A stretch of 64,000 nucleotides of DNA from Octopus sinensis (GCF_006345805.1 NC_042997.1:34906001-34970000), one strand, 5' to 3'. Shown: positions 40,283-54,171, numbered from the stretch's first letter. Notes: a model not told the origin generated them from the sequence alone. Program-made: numbers and translations.

Positions 40283-41062
40283 ATACATGTAAAGAAATAT
40301 AATAAGAGAAAATAATGGAAGAAAAATATCTTTCATAAACAGAACGCAAGTGACAATACAAAGATAATACAAGAAAATATTATCAGAAGGAAAAAAGTAA
40401 GGCCAGATTCTGATTATAAATACACTTTGGGTGGTGGTGACGTGGTAACGTGGTTGGACGATGTTACTATACAGCAGATGCTGACTTCTTCGTACTAAGC
40501 AAACACTTACCAGATCTAACGAACGTTGCCGCTGAAAAATATCTATTTGTTACTTTTATAACTAAGATTTGTACTCAAAAGTACTGATGTTCACTTCGCT
40601 AATTGAATTACTTTTCTCTATTTGCGATAATGTGCGAAAACCTAATTTTTTTTTCTTTACTTATATAACAATAGAAAATTTTTATGCATTGCACGTGTAA
40701 TGTAAGCATATTCAAACGCACTTACGTAGAGCGCAGATAAGATAGGTACAGGTATATAATACTCGATTAAATTTTTCCCTAAATGCTCTACATTGATGAA
40801 CGCAGATGTTGGGAGAAAAGAAAATTTTCTTACGATACTGAAAATTAAACAATAATTGAATTCAAATTTCCATTCTATATTTTCCACAGATCACTAAATA
40901 ATAATGTCTACATATATCCTAACATAGCAAAAATGGAACTGCTCTCCTTTCGTAAATGTAGCAAGAAAAAGGATGTTTCATGGGCATGTGAATGCTACAA
41001 ATCGACATCATATATGTATGCGTGTATGTATGTTTGTATGTATGCATGCACTTTCATAAATG

Positions 41063-41096
<34 letters not shown>

Positions 41097-41121
41097 CTCT
41101 CTCTCTCTCTCTATATATATA

Positions 41122-41168
<47 letters not shown>

Positions 41169-41246
41169 TCAACAGATGAGATCAGAGGAAACTCAATATA
41201 GATTACACCTAATAGTGTATTTTCAGAACAGATTTATATGAAGTAT

Positions 41247-41419
41247 AATAGATACAGGAACCTAACCAGGAGCGGGTATGGGATTTCAGTTCCGATAGCT
41301 GTTCGTGGGGGCACGGAATTACGCAATAATCGTAATGTTGGCAGAGGGAGTGTGCAAAAATTCAGGAATATGCAACCATTAGTGGGGTGCATATACATAC
41401 TACCTTAAATCCGGCCTCC
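41247..41419. mobile_element. Old short MITE-like remnant
   Basis: Starts caggagcgggtatgggatttc and ends taaatccggcctc, a weak TIR of the AGGGGCGGATT type with G-rich subterminal blocks. Confidence 0.3.
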
Positions 41420-41624
41420 ATCTTTAGGATGCGTAGACTGGCATCTAACGTTTAATATCAAAACACAGGGGATTTAAGGTTAGAAATATATTTAAAGAGA
41501 ATAAGTAATAAATGTTTCCCTTATGAGGTGTTTTACGCTAACTACTTAATAATTTCTTATAAAGATTTTATCCTATTTTAAAATATATATATATATTCAT
41601 TATTTCCATCATTATGTTTCTCTC

Positions 41625-41708
<84 letters not shown>

Positions 41709-43263
41709 CATATATATATATATATTTATATATACATATATATATATATATAACTGTAATTATATAATATAAATAAATGATACATAAATATATGTGTGTG
41801 CATATATGCGTATATATGTGTATATATACATATATACCATATACACACACATGTGAGTATGTGTACTGGAAATGTTTCTCATCATGTCAGAAAATATAAG
41901 TTTCATGTTCATCTCTTCATTATAGACACGCTAATTGCTTTGTAGGGATTCATATAGATGATATGTTTCCAAGAATATTACAGTGATTCACATTAAACAC
42001 GCTCATACACACTTTACATACTCTCAAACACAGGAAAAAGGATGTACTTATGTGTGAGTGTGGACATGCATTTATGTATAGATATACACTCTTTTCTGTA
42101 TATGATGCTCTGGTGTGTTTATTAATTATTTCACACACAAGCGCTTTGGTACCTATTTATAAATATATACATATATGTGTGTGTGTACGCGTGTGTGTGC
42201 CTCCGTGTGTGTATGTTTAAATATATATATATATATATTTTATTTATGTATATATATCGGCTTCAACCGACTTTTCTTTTCTATGCATATATTCAAAGCT
42301 TCATAAATATTCATAAATAGATAAAAATATGTAGTGAAACTGAATAGCTACAAGAATTACTCTTCTCTTTAATTCAAAATTTTTCAAACGTAGAGATACA
42401 TGTGCACGCTCATACATAGATACTGCACTAACAACCTAATTATCTAACAACCTACCCACGTATCCTGCTACATATCTTTCTAAACTCATACATGGCAATC
42501 ACACATATATACATAAATGCTTATAAAATATATACATAAATTCATATATGCATACATGTATAGAAATATGCGTGCATGTAATAGAAACGCAGATACATAA
42601 CACACATATATATATACACACACATTCGTAAAATACACATGCACTACATATATACATAGACACATGGTCGAAATCATTTGCCTAGTAGAGGTTAACATAA
42701 TACTGTAGATAAAAAGAAATGAAAATGTACGTAGCTAATGAGAAATCAGAAGTTACAACAACCACACTACAATTAATATTAATAGCCCTGATCATCGAGC
42801 CCTGAGATGAATAACAAACTGCCTCATGACCAATTTTGATAAGCTTCCTATCATAAAACCAGTGAAGATACGACTAATTAGGAAATTGCAATTACAATGC
42901 ATTAATTTAACTGAAAAAAACCCTCATAAACTTTCGAGATTTTTAGCCTGTATTACATGCATAATGATATACATATCTGCATGCATAATTATATGCACAC
43001 ATGCATGCATACATAAATACGTACATATATACAATGTTGTCCAATCATTTTTTTATATATATAAAGGGGTTTGTATGATTGTGTATAGAGGGATATATAT
43101 TATTCAAAGGAATTCCAACTCTGTCTATTTTTTATGTTTTATTTATATTCTTATAATATTAATGTAGGATATAGAATATATAGTATATATAGTAGATATA
43201 GTAAAATGAAATGAAGTTCTGATTGTCTTATTGAATAGATGGAATATTGAATATCAAATATTA

Positions 43264-43309
43264 AGGGACTAGTATACTTTCTTGTATTTAAACAATCTTC
43301 AAGGGCCCT
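43264..43309 (-). ncRNA. Type-I hammerhead ribozyme motif in the Penelope 3' region
   Basis: AGGGCC-C(T)TGAAGA-TTGT(ttaaat)ACAA-GAAA-GTATACT-A-GTCCCT: stem II has 4 bp, stem III is the palindrome AGTATACT, and H17=A. Confidence 0.65.
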
Positions 43310-44470
43310 AGTTGTGACAGGAATGTTGGCTGTCTTTTGTTCTTTATATACGTTCCTGTGGACAGCAATAGTAGTTGTTTGGCTATTTTCAGAAATGATG
43401 ACAGCAGTACATTTTTTGTTTTGGTTAGAGGGATACGAGTTTTAGAAACCAAATAAGATTAATTTAATCATTGTTTGTTAAGCTTGGGTTGGAATTTCTT
43501 AATAAAGTCCTTTTCTCTCAGTTTTCTCTCAATTTCATTCAGGTTGTAAAGTTTATGAAATGGAAATATCATAAAAGTCTTCCGACCACATGTTACGAGA
43601 TGGTTACTCAGTGGTATTTGGCGGACTTCTGGATTTTTAATTTGTTGTCGAATCACACGCGAGCGTTCTGATAGTGCATTACCTGTCTGGCCAACATACA
43701 GTTCTTCACAATTTGGGCATTTGATGCAGTAGATAAAATTTCTGCTTTTGCAGTTCATGTTCGCGTTTGTGAATATTTTCCCTCTTTTGTGTTCATGTAT
43801 GGGCCGGTATGAATTAATTGGCATGTACCGCATCGGCTATCATTGCATTTAGACATTCACTGTCTAAATTTAAGTTTGGTTTATTTAGTAAGAAAATATA
43901 TCTATTGGTTCAAATGTGTGAGGCATAAAATCAGCGCAAGATTTACCGTGAATTTTCATGTATCTATATCTAAATGTCCACACTGAAAGACATTATAATC
44001 TGTTATGGTTTACAGGTAGATAATCAACAGCAATATAGATGCCTTATATAATAATGAAATTCTATTAAACTTTGAGGACAACACATCAAAGGTATCGATG
44101 GTCATATAGAATAATTATATTAGACGCCTTGATCTTGTAGGATTATTTTATATTTTAGGATTTTTATATTGTACATCTTGAAAAGAATGTCTCAGTGGAC
44201 AAACTAGCTTCATTAAAAAGATAATGCGGTGACAGTCCCTAATAATGTAAATGAAGACACATTAGATACAGTAAGAAAATGTATAATACAGACATTCATA
44301 TTTTTCGGATTTATGTCATTTATAACTTAATTCAGAACAACATATAACTTCTAAAATGATAGCACACTACATTGAAGTTCCTCCCTAACACATTAGATTT
44401 CAGCACAGATTTTTATTAGTCCTTTGAAAAAAACTTGTGAAAGGGGTTCTACATTTTTGGTATTTAAGAA
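43264..44470 (-). mobile_element. Penelope-like retroelement remnant: decayed RT, GIY-YIG endonuclease, 3' UTR/pLTR
   Basis: ORF 43833->43468 reads NCKSRNFIYCIKCPNCEELYVGQTGNALSER..H..C..REKDFIKKFQPKLN, a GIY-YIG domain with the PLE CCHH-type motif. A frameshifted LIKI.LKSNV RT-like motif lies near 44400. Confidence 0.85.
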
Positions 44471-44612
44471 CTTTGTAAACACTGTAAACAACTCGAAACT
44501 TTTGGTGGGGCGTGTCTATAATAGAACGGTATCCATGAAACCATCAGATAATTACAGATCAAGACTCAACGATAGAAAAAAGATCGAGTGACAAATGATG
44601 GTTGATGAGGAG

Positions 44613-45204
44613 GTTTCGTAACCATTGCGAGCATAATGATCATGAGAGGATCTTGCCTTCAAGGATACCTTGACCGAAGGACGAAAAGTAATGGCTCCAT
44701 ACATATGGTTACCTATTGATTTCTGTCTTTCGCATTACATAAGCATATCCTTGTATTGCAAATACTAAGTGCATTGTAAATAATAATGTTTCAAGTAAGT
44801 CATTGTCGATTTTCAAAGAAACAACATACACGTTCGGCTGACTTCACCACTGATTCATGCTACACATTTGCTGACAATACCATAACACTATAAAAACACA
44901 CGCACACAGACACCCTATATACAGTAGTTGCCATAATATAAGGGTCAATAAGAACAGGTGAATTGAAATATTTATTATAGAAGATCAACTAAACGTTGAG
45001 ACTATGTGCTATACATGTACTTAGATACATCTAATATCTCTCTTCCGTCAAAATTGCAAGTGAATGGAATGAATACGTTGTAAGTTTCGTAACCATTGCG
45101 AGCATAATGATCATGAGAGGATCTTGCCTTCAAGGATACCTTGACCGATGGACGAAAAGTAATGGCTCCATACATATGGTTACCTATTGATTTCTGTCTT
45201 TCGC
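44613..45204 (+). repeat. 121-bp direct repeat (44613-44733 and 45084-45204), 1 mismatch
   Basis: gtttcgtaaccattgcgagc...ctgtctttcgc is present twice at offset 471; the only difference is ccgaagg vs ccgatgg. Confidence 0.95.
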
Positions 45205-46233
45205 TTCCCCAACTCTACCACTCTGTCACTTATGCTCCTTTCTAATTCGACTAGAATAAACAGATAATCTTCCAAACTTCAACAGCCGAAAATTTAGAGT
45301 CACTTAGAAAACAATGAAAAATGGAACAAGACCAAAAACGAAACCCTTACTACTAATATTTTGTGAACAACTCTTTACTGTCAATGACCTCCTGAATTAA
45401 TGTCTTGTAAAATTATTGGGTACTATTGTTCCATTCTTCTTTCCATAATTCTCAGAGCTCATCTTGGTTTATATGATTTCTCCATCACACCCCATTTCCA
45501 ATAATCTTCCAAACGCTTTCTATATGGTTGAGATCGGGGCTTTGAGGTAGCCAGTCCACGATATCAACCCCTTCATAACTGAAAAATTCTTTGACTCTCT
45601 TCACAGTGTGACAAGGAGCGTTGTCCTCCATGATGATAAGCGGTTGAACTGACGAGGATCGGGGATGTGGGAGGGGATGATATCTAAGAATCTTCTTGTA
45701 GATTTCAGCATTGGCAACCCCTTGTAGACGAATAAGTGAACCAGGACGACCAGTAGATATCACGTCCCATACCATTACACTGACTCCTCCATAGTTCACT
45801 TTTTTCCTTCACACATGCACGAGATAACGTTTCCCCACTTCTTCGTCGTACGTACATCCCACCATCGGAACCAGTCACAATAAACTTCGATGTATCGCTA
45901 AAATGGAAGTGTGATTACCGTTCTTCTGTCTGAATGTTCCAATAATGTAAGATCATAAGAAATAACTCTTAGACCATAAACAATCTTCTAAACAACAAAT
46001 ACATGGGTTAGTAGTTCATTTTTGCCTAAGTGATCCTTAACTTTTGCCAGATGCAATTTGGCAGATTGTTTGTATATTACCTCATAAATTACGAAATATT
46101 TATTCCATTCAGCTGAAATTTTCACAAAGGATAGATATGTGTAATATATCTAGACTCAACGTGTTGTTAATCTTCTACAATAAATATTTCAATACACTTG
46201 TTCTTACATACCCTTATATTATGGCCGTTATTG
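44922..46233 (-). mobile_element. Tc1-family (DD34E) transposon, both long TIRs, TA TSD, defective
   Basis: TA-CAGTAGTTGCCATAATATAAGGGT.. matches rc of ..ACCCTTATATTATGGCCGTTATTG-TA over more than 160 bp. Transposase remnant SDTSKF..YGGVSVMVW..EDNAPCH-x-WLPQSPDLNHIE has 34 residues between D and E. Confidence 0.92.
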
Positions 46234-46524
46234 TATATATTTATATATACTGAAATAGACTTTACCAAGATTCGAACGATGCATGCTGCGAGACTTTTCA
46301 GAACATATCAACTGTGAATGTGTGTATGTATCTGTATATATAGATGTATATTCGTGAGGACAAGACTATGAACGCATAAGTAACAATATAATACATTTTT
46401 GTGCGTGGGTGTGTACATACATATATATATATATATCAATATATATACAATTATATGATTTTATAATTATGTAATTGTATATTTACGTTTATATAATCTA
46501 TGTATATATATATATATATAATAT

Positions 46525-46583
<59 letters not shown>

Positions 46584-47689
46584 TATATATTATGCACACA
46601 CACACAGGCATATACATATGCGTAATATATATATGCAAAGGTGAATTCCAATACAACTGCATGTCACACTTTTGCAATATGTTATTCCACGGCACTTTAT
46701 ATTATGAAAGAAACAATTCGAGCCTCAATAATGACAACATCAAAACCAACAAAGTGTTGCATTTCTACAAAACTCTCTCACTTCTGGAAGAGTGTCATCA
46801 TTCGAGTGGCGATGATTCTGCGTAAAAATTTATAGCATATTAGAACAACAAATAAATGAAGCAAATAATTCGAATGTGGTATGCAGAAATATGTGACAAA
46901 GCTAGAGAGCTAGACAGAGAGTGCAAGAGAGACAGAGAAAGAGAGAGGGAGAGAGAGGGTGGGAAATAGTGAGAGATAGAGAAGTAGTGAAAGAGAGACA
47001 AGGAAAAAGCGGGAGAGACAGAGAGTCTTTGAAAGAAGAGCAAGAAGATACTTAAAACGAGGGTGGGATTTAAAATGAAGTACATGAATTAAACAGTGAT
47101 TATGAATAATGTTCCAATAAATTTAATATGCCTCGTTTGCATCACAAAATAATTTAAAAATATAGGTGCTTGATATAAGTTGTTATGACTCATACGCATG
47201 TCATACTTGTGAACGACATACTGGCGTATATTGTACAATATATAATGTGTATATATATTGTATATACATCTGAGCGTGTACATATAGAATACATGAATTA
47301 CATGTACGTTCACGAGACTCAAATCAAAATATCTCGATGCAGATATGACTAATGCAATGGACAAAGTGCACAACATTACGAAATTGTGCTGCTGCATTGG
47401 CTTAACATCCAAATACATGCAAAAGATCTATACATGCAAGAAAAATAGACATTGGCCCTTGTAGAAGATGACCGAGTCTAAGTTTTATGCGACTCGGTTA
47501 AAACTTGTGGTAAAGAATGTGCTCAGTTTAATTAACCCCCGAAACATGGCTTTTCTGCAAGATTTACATACACAGATGAAAGCAATAATAAGAGTTGTGT
47601 TAGTGGCAAACTGGCTGATTTCCATAAAGATGGAAAAAAATAAGGATCAGCAGATTTCTGAATTAAGATTCACCAAAATTTACCTGTAA

Positions 47690-48580
47690 CACCAGGGAAT
47701 CGTTCACAATTATTATATTAGATTAAAAGAATGAAAAAAGATTTGACTGTAAATCACATGAGGAAGTACAGCTAATTACGAAGAATTTATGATTAAAAGT
47801 ATTTATGTGGACACTAAATAAAATATTTCTTGTTGGAATTTAATGAAGATACTGACTTCAAACGTCGGTGTCACTCAGAGGTGGGTTCTTACACCTAATC
47901 ATATCAAGGAATTTCTAGAATATATTAATATGAAGCCTCTTAGATATTTTAAAGGATGACATAGAATATGATTTAAAAGTTAGAGATACAATAACCCAAC
48001 ATTATGCAAATATAAGAGGAGATGGAATTGAAATATGCTATGAAAACTACAAAGTTAATCAAAATGATAGAGTGGAGGAAATTTAAATATCTAGGAAATA
48101 ATAGAAACGAAAGACTTGAAGTCAAAGAGAACAAAATATCGAACTGTAAATGTGTAAAAGCTTTAGTAAAATTAGAACTATGTTAGAAAACTGAAGACTA
48201 AAATATCACCGAAAATAGTTTTTGAGATCAGTAATTCATTTTAATTGTATTCGATGTTGAGACTGAAACGTTGAAGCATAATCATAGCCTATGAAATGAA
48301 GTGTCGTATTCTTCATACAAAATGCCACATTAACAAAAGTGTTCAGAAAAATGTTTTGGGGAAACAGCGTCTACTATTAACAGGTGGAGAATGAAATATG
48401 TTGGTCATAAAACATGACACCCTGTCCATAATGAATATAGTCACGTATGGACAATCCACGTCTCTGGATGAAAGTGATATAGACAGAACGTACAAGTAAT
48501 AGTTGATAAACATCAAGGAATGGAGAGGAATGGAGATGGTGGAAAACAAATTTAGTTGATGGACTGAAGGGGTGTTCTTT
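47690..48580 (+). mobile_element. Decayed RTE-clade LINE reverse transcriptase fragment
   Basis: Interrupted motifs VEEFKYLG, Y.VETETLK and RWRMKYVGH appear in the order expected for RTE ORFs, with many stops and frameshifts. Confidence 0.65.
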
Positions 48581-50231
48581 TACTGTGATTTGGCTCTCCT
48601 ATCAAAATAATTTGACTGATTGAACTTAAGCCTGTACCGAAAAATGTAAATTAGTTATTTCGTCTTATTCAAGAGTGTTGAATATTAGCTGTTGTGAGGT
48701 TATTTGGAAGCCAGATTTCTTGGCAAGAATTGAACCTAAATACATATATCACGAAGTAATTTTCTGTCAGTAAACTGATCCTGTTTTCTAACACACTTAT
48801 TTGTTATGCTAATCACACACTTTAAAAAACGACGTGTGAATGCAAAAAATATGAATAGGTATCTCTTCTCACAATTGGTTACCAATAAATTTTTATGCAG
48901 AAAAAAGTTTTAAGCTACAGGGAAAATAAAATGAGCGATTAGCATAATGCTATTTCAGTCTTTGATACAAGTATATAATGATTCTCTTTAAAAACAAGTT
49001 CACAGACCAAATTACCTCAGTAAACTGGATATTTACTCATTATTACTTTAAAGAAAGTAAAACGTCAAGTTGCGTTAACAACTCCTTCCTCGCTGTAGCC
49101 AATATACACTCACTGAAACAAATACATGCTCATTAGTCTACCAATTTACTACCTATATTTCACTAATAAATACCGCATGAAATATATTGGGAGAAGAGCA
49201 ATCCTTTAATAGAATAAATTTGCATATTTATTCAAATGAAATCTAATTAACTTCCTTGATCAAATCTTTAAGACTGAATCTACAGATCCCTTCACGATAT
49301 CGTTTACTGATTTCTACATAGCTATAGCGAATATCACTAATTTTACATAGTTCATAAGATAATTACACAGATAACAAAGTTAATGAATTCTCAGCCTTCT
49401 ATTTTCTACCACATTAAAGTTCAAATGAGTCTATTTCGAGACTAATTTCACTTTCATATATGTACAGTTATTATAACGTATTGGAGCTTCTTTTCCTTTT
49501 CTTATTTTGTACTTTCTATATTTTATGCTAAACGCAAATATGCACTCAATTTGTGCTTAGCCTTCTCCAAGCTAAACATGTCTTGTTACCTGACCTATAC
49601 AGACTCATATATGTAAATGCATACATAAGCATACATTATATACATATGTGTATGAGTGTATATACATATGTGTGGGTATGTACGTACGTAGCTATATGTA
49701 TACATACATGCGAACATGTATTTGTGCATATGCATGCAATGTGTGAGAAAGAGATGAATAAATCTAGCTCCTTCTTCGAAACATACTAAAACCCAGTTAC
49801 GTAGCGTCTGCAATAGCATGTAGATTATACTGGTGACTTAGTCCCAATTTCAGACACACTTGCAAGAGCCACCGTTATATTCTATTAATAGTCTAGAATA
49901 TACCATATGATTGACCTGTATGTTAATGCTGGAAAAAAAGATTCTTTAGAAACATTTTGATAAGTATATAATCTTCATTATATATGACTGCAGCGTGGAT
50001 GAGTGGATGACATACGCTTCCCATTGAGAAGAAAACAAAGATCGTCAACTTCACCCAAACATTCGTTTGTTATATTGTAGGAGTGACTCTAAGTGAATAG
50101 GTCGCAGTCAGTTTTGAGCGACGAAAATTTTGACACCATATTCCAAATAAATGTTTTAGTAAAGCTGACAACCTTTTGTGTTTCTGTGTGGCTAAGTTAT
50201 GACGTCCACGTTGCAATAGTGCCATATATGA

Positions 50232-50294
<63 letters not shown>

Positions 50295-50319
50295 TATATA
50301 TATATACATAAGATGGACT

Positions 50320-50580
50320 CTCCAGTCGTTAGACAACGTATGAGAGATCGTTAATTTCTTACCGAACAACCACACAGATAATTTGTTCATAGAAATCATA
50401 TGTTTGTGTAGACACAAGCTCACCCCCTCCATCAAATCGACATTACCTGTATGGGTGCAACGGGTGCGACATGTCGGATGAGGAAATGATCGCAGAGCAA
50501 CGTGGATTGAAGGGTTTTGCGCAAGAGCACACGCAAAGCCCGATCTGAGAACTGAACCTACGTTTTCAGGGACATAAAGT
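50320..50580 (-). mobile_element. tRNA-derived SINE, family D
   Basis: Shares caggtaatgtc.attt.gatgg..acacaaacat.tgat with 53684-53880 and has a tRNA-like head near 50580. Confidence 0.65.
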
Positions 50581-50627
50581 CACCAGCATCCGCTGTCAAG
50601 CGATGGTTGAAGGGACAAACACAGACA

Positions 50628-50665
<38 letters not shown>

Positions 50666-50842
50666 ACACCACACACACACACACACACACACCACACACA
50701 CCACACACACACACACACATATTCACTTCGGGATTCTTTCAGTTTTCTTCTACCAAATCCACTCAAAAGGCCCAAGGCTATAGTAGATGACACTTGCCCA
50801 AATTACCACGGAGTGGGGCAGAACCCGGAGCTCGGAACCACA
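50581..50842 (-). mobile_element. SINE family A, partial
   Basis: ctttcagttt..ctaccaaatccactca..ggctatagtaga.gacacttgcccaa, with an internal (CA)n. Confidence 0.8.
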
Positions 50843-50847
50843 TAGCC

Positions 50848-50882
<35 letters not shown>

Positions 50883-52637
50883 CACTGGATTCATATTTCC
50901 TGCGCTTAACTTAGCCGTCCTATCTTATGGGGTCAGTTGTGATCGAATACTGAAATCCCTATAATCGACTCAGTGTGGTAGTAAAAATGACTATTCATTA
51001 ACGAGCAAACGCCAAACCACGCACACATACCAAGCATACAATCAGCCATCTAAAGTAGCGGGACGCACCATAGATACACGTTGCGATGACATTGTCAGAG
51101 AAACAGAAACAAAAGGAATTCATGGTGAATAAAAACGTTGGGCTACGTCAAGGAGTTAAAATTCACAAGAATTAAAGTTAACCTGTAGACAAAAATTTTT
51201 GCGATTCCAAATCATATCAGTGTTACTGAAATATTATTTGAGCAAAAAGAAATGGAAAAAAGGAAAAAAGGCACGGCACAAGTTCAGTTTGTGAATTTTC
51301 TTTGGAAAAGCAAGAAGATTTGAAACAGATATATACTAGAATAACGATCTGCTTAGTATATTGCTGCTTAATTTATCCCTTGTCATGCATATATACTTAC
51401 TATGTATTGGATTGTGTGTTTTATATATATACTCAAATTACGATATTTTATTCCTGTCCAATAATTCATGGTATCAAGTGATAGCTAAACGTTAATTTAC
51501 GGTTCTGTTTGAAACAAAATTCAAAATAGCTATTTATTTGTTTAGACAGGAAAAAGAAAAAAAAAAGAATAATTTGATTTAACTTCGTAAGAAATTTCAC
51601 ACTCTGAAAATAAATTGGATTTAGTAAGATAAATATGTATTGTTTTACAACAGGTTTAACCAGTTCAGTAACTCACACGCGCACACACACATACACACAC
51701 ACACATGCACACAAGCACACACACATGCTTAACAGGAAGTGTGTGGTCTGTGCATGTGGCTTGCGTGTATTTGCGTATGAATATACGTGCACATGCGTAT
51801 ATATACATATATATATGTCTGTATATTTTAATATACATATAAATATGCGCATATATTTATATACATATGCACATATACGTCTTTATATACGTTATTTACA
51901 CACACATATACAGGCATGTACGTATATTTAACTTAACAGAAGAGTAAGTAGAAAGAAAAAATAAAGTTATCTTAACACTTGTTAAAGTATCGATATGATA
52001 TTTCTTAGAAATATTTTTATTTATATAACTTTCCAGATCTAAAGTGAATATATCCACTAAGATAGTATCTTCAGAAAAAAAAAGAGGCAACAAAAATGAA
52101 AGTTATTACTTTGAAAAAATTATCTGTGGAAATATAAAGTATATTTGCTCGTGAAGATATATATTTGAACGTAACTCACAAAAAGTATATTATAAACAGG
52201 AAAAAATATGTATTCGAATATAACTTACAAAACTGCAGTGCATCTATTAGTAGGTTATAATTTAGTTATCTTTATATCTTAATTGATAATTACTAAATTT
52301 AGGTGATCGGAATGATTAAAACAATTTATATTTTAAAAGTCAAATTTAAATGCAAACGGATAGTAGAGGTGTATATGATAGTATACTGTTAAAATAAATT
52401 AAATTGCTTGGACGAAAATTCAAACTTGATTGTCAATGAGAGAAATATATAATATAATTAAGCAAAATTGCAAAATAAGAACGTATTCGCGGTGTCCTGA
52501 ATCGAATCAGAGTGCATGGGCTAATTGAAGACAGTAGACACTGCATTAAGTTGCATTGTTTTAACGTCTAAAATAAATTTGGACATTACAAAAAATTGAC
52601 GTTAAATGTTGGAGTCATAATACTTTTATTTATATGA

Positions 52638-53100
52638 CTAGCTATTTTGACCCGTGCTTCGCTCGGGTTTTGGTGATGGTGTTGTTTTGTGCGTGTTGTT
52701 TCCTTTTCCCTTTCTTCAATTGTTCGTCTTCTTTGCCTGGCTCTTTTTATTGCCCTCTTCTTTACCCCCCTTTCTTTCCAAAATCCCCCAAATTTTTCAC
52801 CCACAATTAAAGATAACCGACTCTAGCCCCTGCAACACAAAAAGCCACCATTATTCAAACAGCGGAAACTGTCTATCCCATAAAACTCAATTTTTCCCAC
52901 ATTTCTCACCATGGCAACTAAACGGTAGCCTCGAGCGACTTGCAACCCTCCTCACACCATTGCCCACCACATCCCCCCCACCCCAGTGTAAATTTTGGCG
53001 CCAATCCGACCCCATCTACCACCCCTTAAACCGTTCCCATCCCAAAATGAGACAAATGACCAAGAAATCAAACAACTTTTTCGCATTTCAGCTTTATAGA
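52638..53100 (-). mobile_element. Non-autonomous Helitron, second family
   Basis: Minus strand A|TCTATAAAGCTG...CCCGAGCGAAGCACGGG-tcaaaatag-CTAG|T. Confidence 0.8.
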
Positions 53101-53384
53101 TATTGACAACGGGCATCCGGGTATGAAATGTTACGCATTAAAAACTAGGCAGCATTCAAGGAAACATTTCGAAATGAATTCTTTAAAATGATATCTTGGT
53201 TATATACCAGTATCTGTTAAGCATCATGAAGCTTGAAAATCATTCTTTAGTTACTATGTAAATGTTATTCTTCTTTTTCATGCCTTATATGTGTATGAGT
53301 GTGCGTGTGTGTGGTTGCGTGTGTATAAGAGAGCGTGCATGAACGTATTTATACATACACACTCATACACACACACATATATTG

Positions 53385-53880
53385 TGAGAGTTCTTAGCCT
53401 AGTGGTTATGAGGTTGAACTCACGAAAGGTGATTATGCATTTCTTTACTACCCACAAGGGGCTAAACACAGAGAGGACATACAAGGACAGACAAACGGAT
53501 TAAGTCGATTGTATCGACCCCAGTGCGTAACTGGTACTTATTTAATCGACCCCGAAAGGATGAAAGGCAAAGTCGACCTCGGCGGAATATGAACTTAGAA
53601 CGCAGCGGCGGACGAAATACTGCAAAGCATTTCGCCCGGCGTGCTAACGATTCTGCCAGCTCACCGCCGAAAGGGTGATTATGGTTTCCGTAGTTGGGTC
53701 GAGTGGTACATTGAGGTCTGAAGCAAAACAGTTCCTCTCACGCAGCTGTGCGACCAATTAGACACCGTGCAACTGTTCAGGTAATGTCAATTTGATGGAT
53801 GGATTGAAATGATGTACAACACAAACATTTGATCACTAGACAAATCATTTGTGCGGAGAGTTTAGTAAGAAAATGCAGAA
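53385..53880 (+). mobile_element. SINE family D interrupted by a family B insertion
   Basis: tRNA-like head gcctagtggtta at ~53395; the body resumes at 53684. Confidence 0.65.
53438..53668 (-). mobile_element. SINE family B, full length, with 14-15-bp TSD
   Basis: GGCGGTGAGCTGGCAGAATCGTTAGC...GGGTAGTAAAGAAATG, flanked by gaaaggtgattatg (53424-53437) and gaaagggtgattatg (53669-53683). Confidence 0.92.
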
Positions 53881-54081
53881 CAGCTTTCGCACACACACAC
53901 ACACACACACACTAACACACACACACACATCTATATTATGTATGCATATATATATATATATATATGTGTGTGTATATATGTATGTATATCTAGGTATATG
54001 CACAGATTCATATACACACATACATACACACACATATATATATATATATGTATAATATATATATATATATGTGTGGGTATG

Positions 54082-54120
<39 letters not shown>

Positions 54121-54133
54121 GTGTGTAGGTATG

Positions 54134-54171
<38 letters not shown>

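Noticed and set aside
41402-41445. SLRI..WRPDL as the missing upstream nAChR exon
   Set aside because: It needs a frameshift, has no VLYN, hits a stop after two codons, and lies in a MITE-like remnant.
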